A stretch of DNA of 64,000 bases, taken from positions 69,091-133,090 of the IMG/VR virus record IMGVR_UViG_2974779332_000001; one strand, 5' to 3'. Position 1 is the first letter of the stretch, and the number at the start of each line of letters is the position of its first letter. This DNA comes from a virus. Its lineage: Duplodnaviria; Caudoviricetes. The notes beneath the pieces are model-generated. The model was not told the origin of the DNA. It saw nothing but the letters and a program-made list of their open reading frames with translations, and ran no database searches. The position numbers and the translations under genes are program-made. This document shows positions 60,692 to 64,000 of the stretch, one piece after another.

Positions 60692-60976
60692 CTACTTCTT
60701 GCCAGCGCGCTTGTTGCTGTGGTTCCCGTTCATCAGGTTGGTGAAGTCCAGAACGATGTTCTGACGGAAGTTCGTTGCGCCGTGGAACTTGCCGTCCTGG
60801 TCACGGACCACCACACGCACCTCGGTGTTGCCGAGAGCGGCACCCGGAACCTGCCAGGTCTCCAGTCGGATGGAGAAGGTGGACTTGGAACCCTTGACCT
60901 TGAAACCCTCGGTGAGGGTGACGGAGGAGACGACCTTGTGAGCGGCGTCGGTGACCTTGGCGAGGGAAACGGCCAT
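60692..60976 (-). CDS. Hypothetical cassette protein
   Basis: GAGGAG RBS; RDQDGKFHGATNF. Confidence 0.6.
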   Translation of the reverse strand: MAVSLAKVTDAAHKVVSSVTLTEGFKVKGSKSTFSIRLETWQVPGAALGNTEVRVVVRDQDGKFHGATNFRQNIVLDFTNLMNGNHSNKRAGKK

Positions 60977-61120
60977 TTGAAGCTCCTCAGAGTCTCGCTC
61001 GGGGGTTCCTTCCCCCTTGCTGATAGCTAAAGTCTACACGACTCCAGAGACAAGTACAAGCCCTGAATTATGTCCGTTTTGTCGTCCGGGCCGGACAAGG
61101 GGCCCGAAGGCCCCAAGCCG

Positions 61121-61402
61121 TTAGCCCTCCTGCTCAGCCTTGACCTTTTGCAGGTGCGAAAGGTCTTCCAGGGTGCGAGAGATGGCGTTCAGCGTCTCAT
61201 ACGCTTCCGCCTTGCTGAAACCGATGTATCCACGGTCACCCGTGCCGGGAGCAGCCGAACCACCGTCAACGAACAGACGGTGAGCAATGCCAGCCGAAGG
61301 GGTGCCCTCCTGGTAGTTCAGTTCGAGAGCGAAGCCCATGCCCTCCCAGTTGCGCTGGTAGCGCTGGATGGCGTTGAGAACGTCAGTCTTGGTAACCGTC
61401 AT
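61121..61402 (-). CDS. Hypothetical cassette protein
   Basis: GAGG RBS; own promoter and terminator. Confidence 0.6.
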   Translation of the reverse strand: MTVTKTDVLNAIQRYQRNWEGMGFALELNYQEGTPSAGIAHRLFVDGGSAAPGTGDRGYIGFSKAEAYETLNAISRTLEDLSHLQKVKAEQEG

Positions 61403-61505
61403 TTCGGGTTCCTCTCCCTCGGTGTAAGACGAGTCTATCAGAGTCCAAGAGCCATTACAACCCACCGGCCAAAATGTCCGGGCCGGACCCCGAAGGGCCC
61501 GACAC

Positions 61506-61829
61506 TCAGGTCAGCTTAGCCAGAAGCTTGCTGATTTCCTGCCGGAGTTCGCTCTGAGGGCGACGACCACGCTCCGCCTTGAGCGCACGCTCAAAGTAGG
61601 CACGAAGTTCGGTCTTGTTGTACGGACCTGCGCACTCATCGGTGTAGTTGATGTCCTCGAACGGCTGAGGGCAGGAGCAACCGGAGTCGCTTGCCACAAA
61701 GTACCGTCCTCGGGCCTCCTTCCACACCTGAGTGATGTTGAACTGCCACTGTTCCTGGTCCCAGTCGAAGGAACCCACGTACTCAAGGTTGGTGAGCAGG
61801 ACACGGCCGGGCTTAGAGAGGTTTGCCAT
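61506..61829 (-). CDS. Hypothetical protein with DSGCSCP motif
   Basis: AAGGAG RBS; ASDSGCSCPQPFE. Confidence 0.65.
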   Translation of the reverse strand: MANLSKPGRVLLTNLEYVGSFDWDQEQWQFNITQVWKEARGRYFVASDSGCSCPQPFEDINYTDECAGPYNKTELRAYFERALKAERGRRPQSELRQEISKLLAKLT

Positions 61830-62091
61830 GATGTCTCCTTAGACGTCTCTACGCTGTACCTTACCACACTTGGAACACTGGCGCATCTGAATCAGCGCCT
61901 TCCATGTGCCGAGTCTGGGGAAGATGGGGGAATCGAACGTTCCCAACATCGTCTTCCAGTCAGACCATTTGTGGATGTGCATCCGGCCCTCCTCGATTTC
62001 TTAGTCATAGTCTACACGACCAGATTTTTAGTCGCAAGCCCATTTTTCAAGATTTTTAGTCCGGGGCGGACAGGGCCGAAGCCCCTTCCGC

Positions 62092-62403
62092 TCACTCCCA
62101 GGGCCGGTAGTCAGACCAGCTCGCACCCTCGCGGTTTTCGATGAGGATTTCCACGGTGTCCCCCAGACGGTGATTCACGCTGTACAGGGAACGATTTGAA
62201 CCCTGGTAGCGCCTCTGAGTCTTGGCCCATTCGACCGTCCGCTCAGCCTGCCTATGGGAACGGTGAGGCCATGCCTCGATGTTCTCACCGTAGTTGAACC
62301 ACCATCCACCCTCTTCCGACCCTCCACAGGCCCGGTCGATAAGGTAGACATTCACCCAGTGCTTGTTACGCCGACGCTGACCCATACGCAGACCCTTGGC
62401 CAT
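62092..62403 (-). CDS. Hypothetical cassette protein
   Basis: GGAGG RBS; NVY..DR..GGSEEGGWW. Confidence 0.65.
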   Translation of the reverse strand: MAKGLRMGQRRRNKHWVNVYLIDRACGGSEEGGWWFNYGENIEAWPHRSHRQAERTVEWAKTQRRYQGSNRSLYSVNHRLGDTVEILIENREGASWSDYRPWE

Positions 62404-62819
62404 GATGTTCCTCCCTTGTCGGTGAGACCAGTCTAGCACCCCGTAATTGGAGATGCAACATGTCTGTAAGGATGGATTGTCATTGTCCGACCCGGACAAA
62501 AAATTCACCTACAAATTCACCCCTGTTTCGAAGGAATTCCCGTAGAAAAACCTTGAAAACAGGGGTGAATTTATTTTGGGCCTTATTTTCAGCCGATTTC
62601 GACCGTTTCATCCTTGCCTTTTCCGCAAAGGCAGTATTTCGAATGTGTGGCCGAAACAGGCCGAAGGCCCTTTTCGTTGTAGCGGAAAAGGAGATTTGAC
62701 AGAAGGGACGAGTTGAAAACCGGAGTTTTCGAGTGAATCCCGTCCCTTTCCAGCAAAAGGGACATGCTGTGGAATCGAACCTGAGAAACAGCCTTTTTCC
62801 GCATCATGTCCCCTTTGGG

Positions 62820-62966
62820 TCAGCCGAGTTCGGACATGTGCGCGTATGCGTCCTCGGTACCGAAGTCAACGGTACGGTCCGCATCCCGCACGGTGGAGAC
62901 AGGCAGGGTCATGGTCGTGAACACGCCAGCGTCCACAGCCTGCTCAAGAAGGTCACGAAGGTCCAT
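62820..62966 (-). CDS. Small hypothetical cassette protein
   Basis: AAGGAAG RBS; promoter just upstream. Confidence 0.45.
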   Translation of the reverse strand: MDLRDLLEQAVDAGVFTTMTLPVSTVRDADRTVDFGTEDAYAHMSELG

Positions 62967-63109
62967 GGTGTGTACTTCCTTCCGTCTTGGTGATAGCTCA
63001 AGTCTAGCGTATGGGTAGGGTGGATGCAAGCCCAACATCTCCGGGATTTTTCAGCCCTATCGTACACGCGCGGGGGAAATGTGGGGAATGTACGTAATGC
63101 CCCGTAAAA

Positions 63110-63206
63110 GGGGTCTATATAGGTATGCCCTATATGGGCGGTATGTACTATATGGGTAGGTATGTACCCATATGCCCCATATGTACCTATATGGGTGGGT
63201 ATGTCC
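63110..63206. repeat. Periodic (T/C)ATATG / GGTATG array, period about 9-10 bp
   Basis: Hexamers at about 63122, 63131, 63140, 63149, 63159, 63169, 63178, 63188, 63198. Confidence 0.7.
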
Positions 63207-63374
63207 TGAATGTCCGTTTTGTCCACCCCAGATTTGGGGGTGTCCGATTTGCCCCATATGTCGGTCCGCCCCGGACGTTACCAAGTCTTTACCTAAAAGA
63301 CTGCTGAATCTGGGGTTTAGGGCCCGGTGTCCGGGTAGGATGTAGGCATAGCCACTACAGACCAGGGAGACACG

Positions 63375-63812
63375 ATGAACGCCACCACCACTCACCAGTG
63401 CCGCTACAACAACGAGACTGCCGTTAACGCGCGTATCCGCCGTCAGGTGCTCGCTACGGTGCTGTACCTGGCACAGCTTACGGGCCACAGTGACGGGGCC
63501 ACGTGGGCAACGTGCGTGGGGTGTGGGGAGCGTAGCCACGTGGGCGGTACGCCTAGGGCCATGGACACGTTCAACCTGGGCCACGTGCTGGCAGACGCTG
63601 AAGGTGGCATGTACTGCCCTTGCAACCTGTTGCCTCTGTGCCGTCAGTGCAACGCTGACATGGGTAAGGAAACCCTTACTGATGTACTCATTCCGGTTTA
63701 TGACAACCGAGAGTGCTGGGACGGTAAGCTCATGGCCGACCCTGGCACCGTGGCCGCCAAGCCTGAGAGCAACCGGGGACGGGCCCGCTGGAACGCCCCT
63801 GCTAGCGTCTGA
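63375..63812 (+). CDS. HNH endonuclease-like protein, divergent from the cassette array
   Basis: CVGCG..NLGHVLADAEGG..NLLPLCRQCNADMG. Confidence 0.7.
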   Translation: MNATTTHQCRYNNETAVNARIRRQVLATVLYLAQLTGHSDGATWATCVGCGERSHVGGTPRAMDTFNLGHVLADAEGGMYCPCNLLPLCRQCNADMGKETLTDVLIPVYDNRECWDGKLMADPGTVAAKPESNRGRARWNAPASV

Positions 63813-64000
63813 GACGCTGTGAATGTGCCCCCTAGGGTAGTTGCCTAGGGGGCTATTTCATGCCCTCAGAACGGCACACAGGGCTTTTGAAAAGCGTTTT
63901 CATCTGGCCTGGGACCTTCTGCGGAACCTTCCCCGGACAGGTTTGTCAAGGGTTATGGGCGCACTATCCAAATTGTTATTTAACTATGCGAAGCATGTAT

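Larger units (their letters stand above)
54044..63276. repeat. Dispersed palindrome TGTCCG-N3-CGGACA (about 15 copies), one per cassette boundary
   Basis: Copies at about 54044, 54473, 55680, 56259, 56825, 57978, 58823, 59379, 59939, 60648, 61084, 61475, 62059, 62484, 63264. Confidence 0.85.

Noticed and set aside
54044-63276. CRISPR array or integron attC interpretation of the repeated palindrome
   Set aside because: Repeats are 15 bp and degenerate, separated by 400-1200 bp gene-containing units; no cas gene or tyrosine integrase in the window, and no attC-like long hairpins

Overview
This window is part of a large lytic actinobacteriophage genome. The most likely host is Streptomyces, and the layout resembles cluster BE/BK-type siphoviruses; both points are inferred from WhiB, Lsr2, a TraB/FtsK-like ATPase and a tmRNA tag ending FALAA. 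Positions 1-52.9 kb are transcribed on the + strand from many TTGACA-N17/18-TAnnnT promoters. They carry the C-terminal part of the large terminase, about 40 tRNA genes, a tmRNA and several atypical tRNA-like RNAs. They also carry an RNA-maintenance set: Ro60/TROVE, three Y-RNA-like RNAs with a bulged-C Ro-binding helix, an Rnl1-type RNA ligase, PNK/phosphatase, a cyclic-phosphate receiver domain, an RNase AS-like exonuclease, a nucleotidyltransferase and a KTSC protein. Other genes there include rIIA/rIIB, PhoD, NlpC/P60, NADAR, WhiB, thioredoxin and HNH nucleases. Positions 52.9-54 kb are non-coding, with DnaA boxes and phased A-tracts. Positions 54-63.3 kb form a GC-richer, mostly minus-strand array of promoter-gene-terminator cassettes, separated by about 15 copies of a TGTCCG-N3-CGGACA palindrome; this is probably the terminal-repeat/first-injected region. 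All calls come from motif reading by eye, with no database searches, and RNA coordinates may be off by a few nt.
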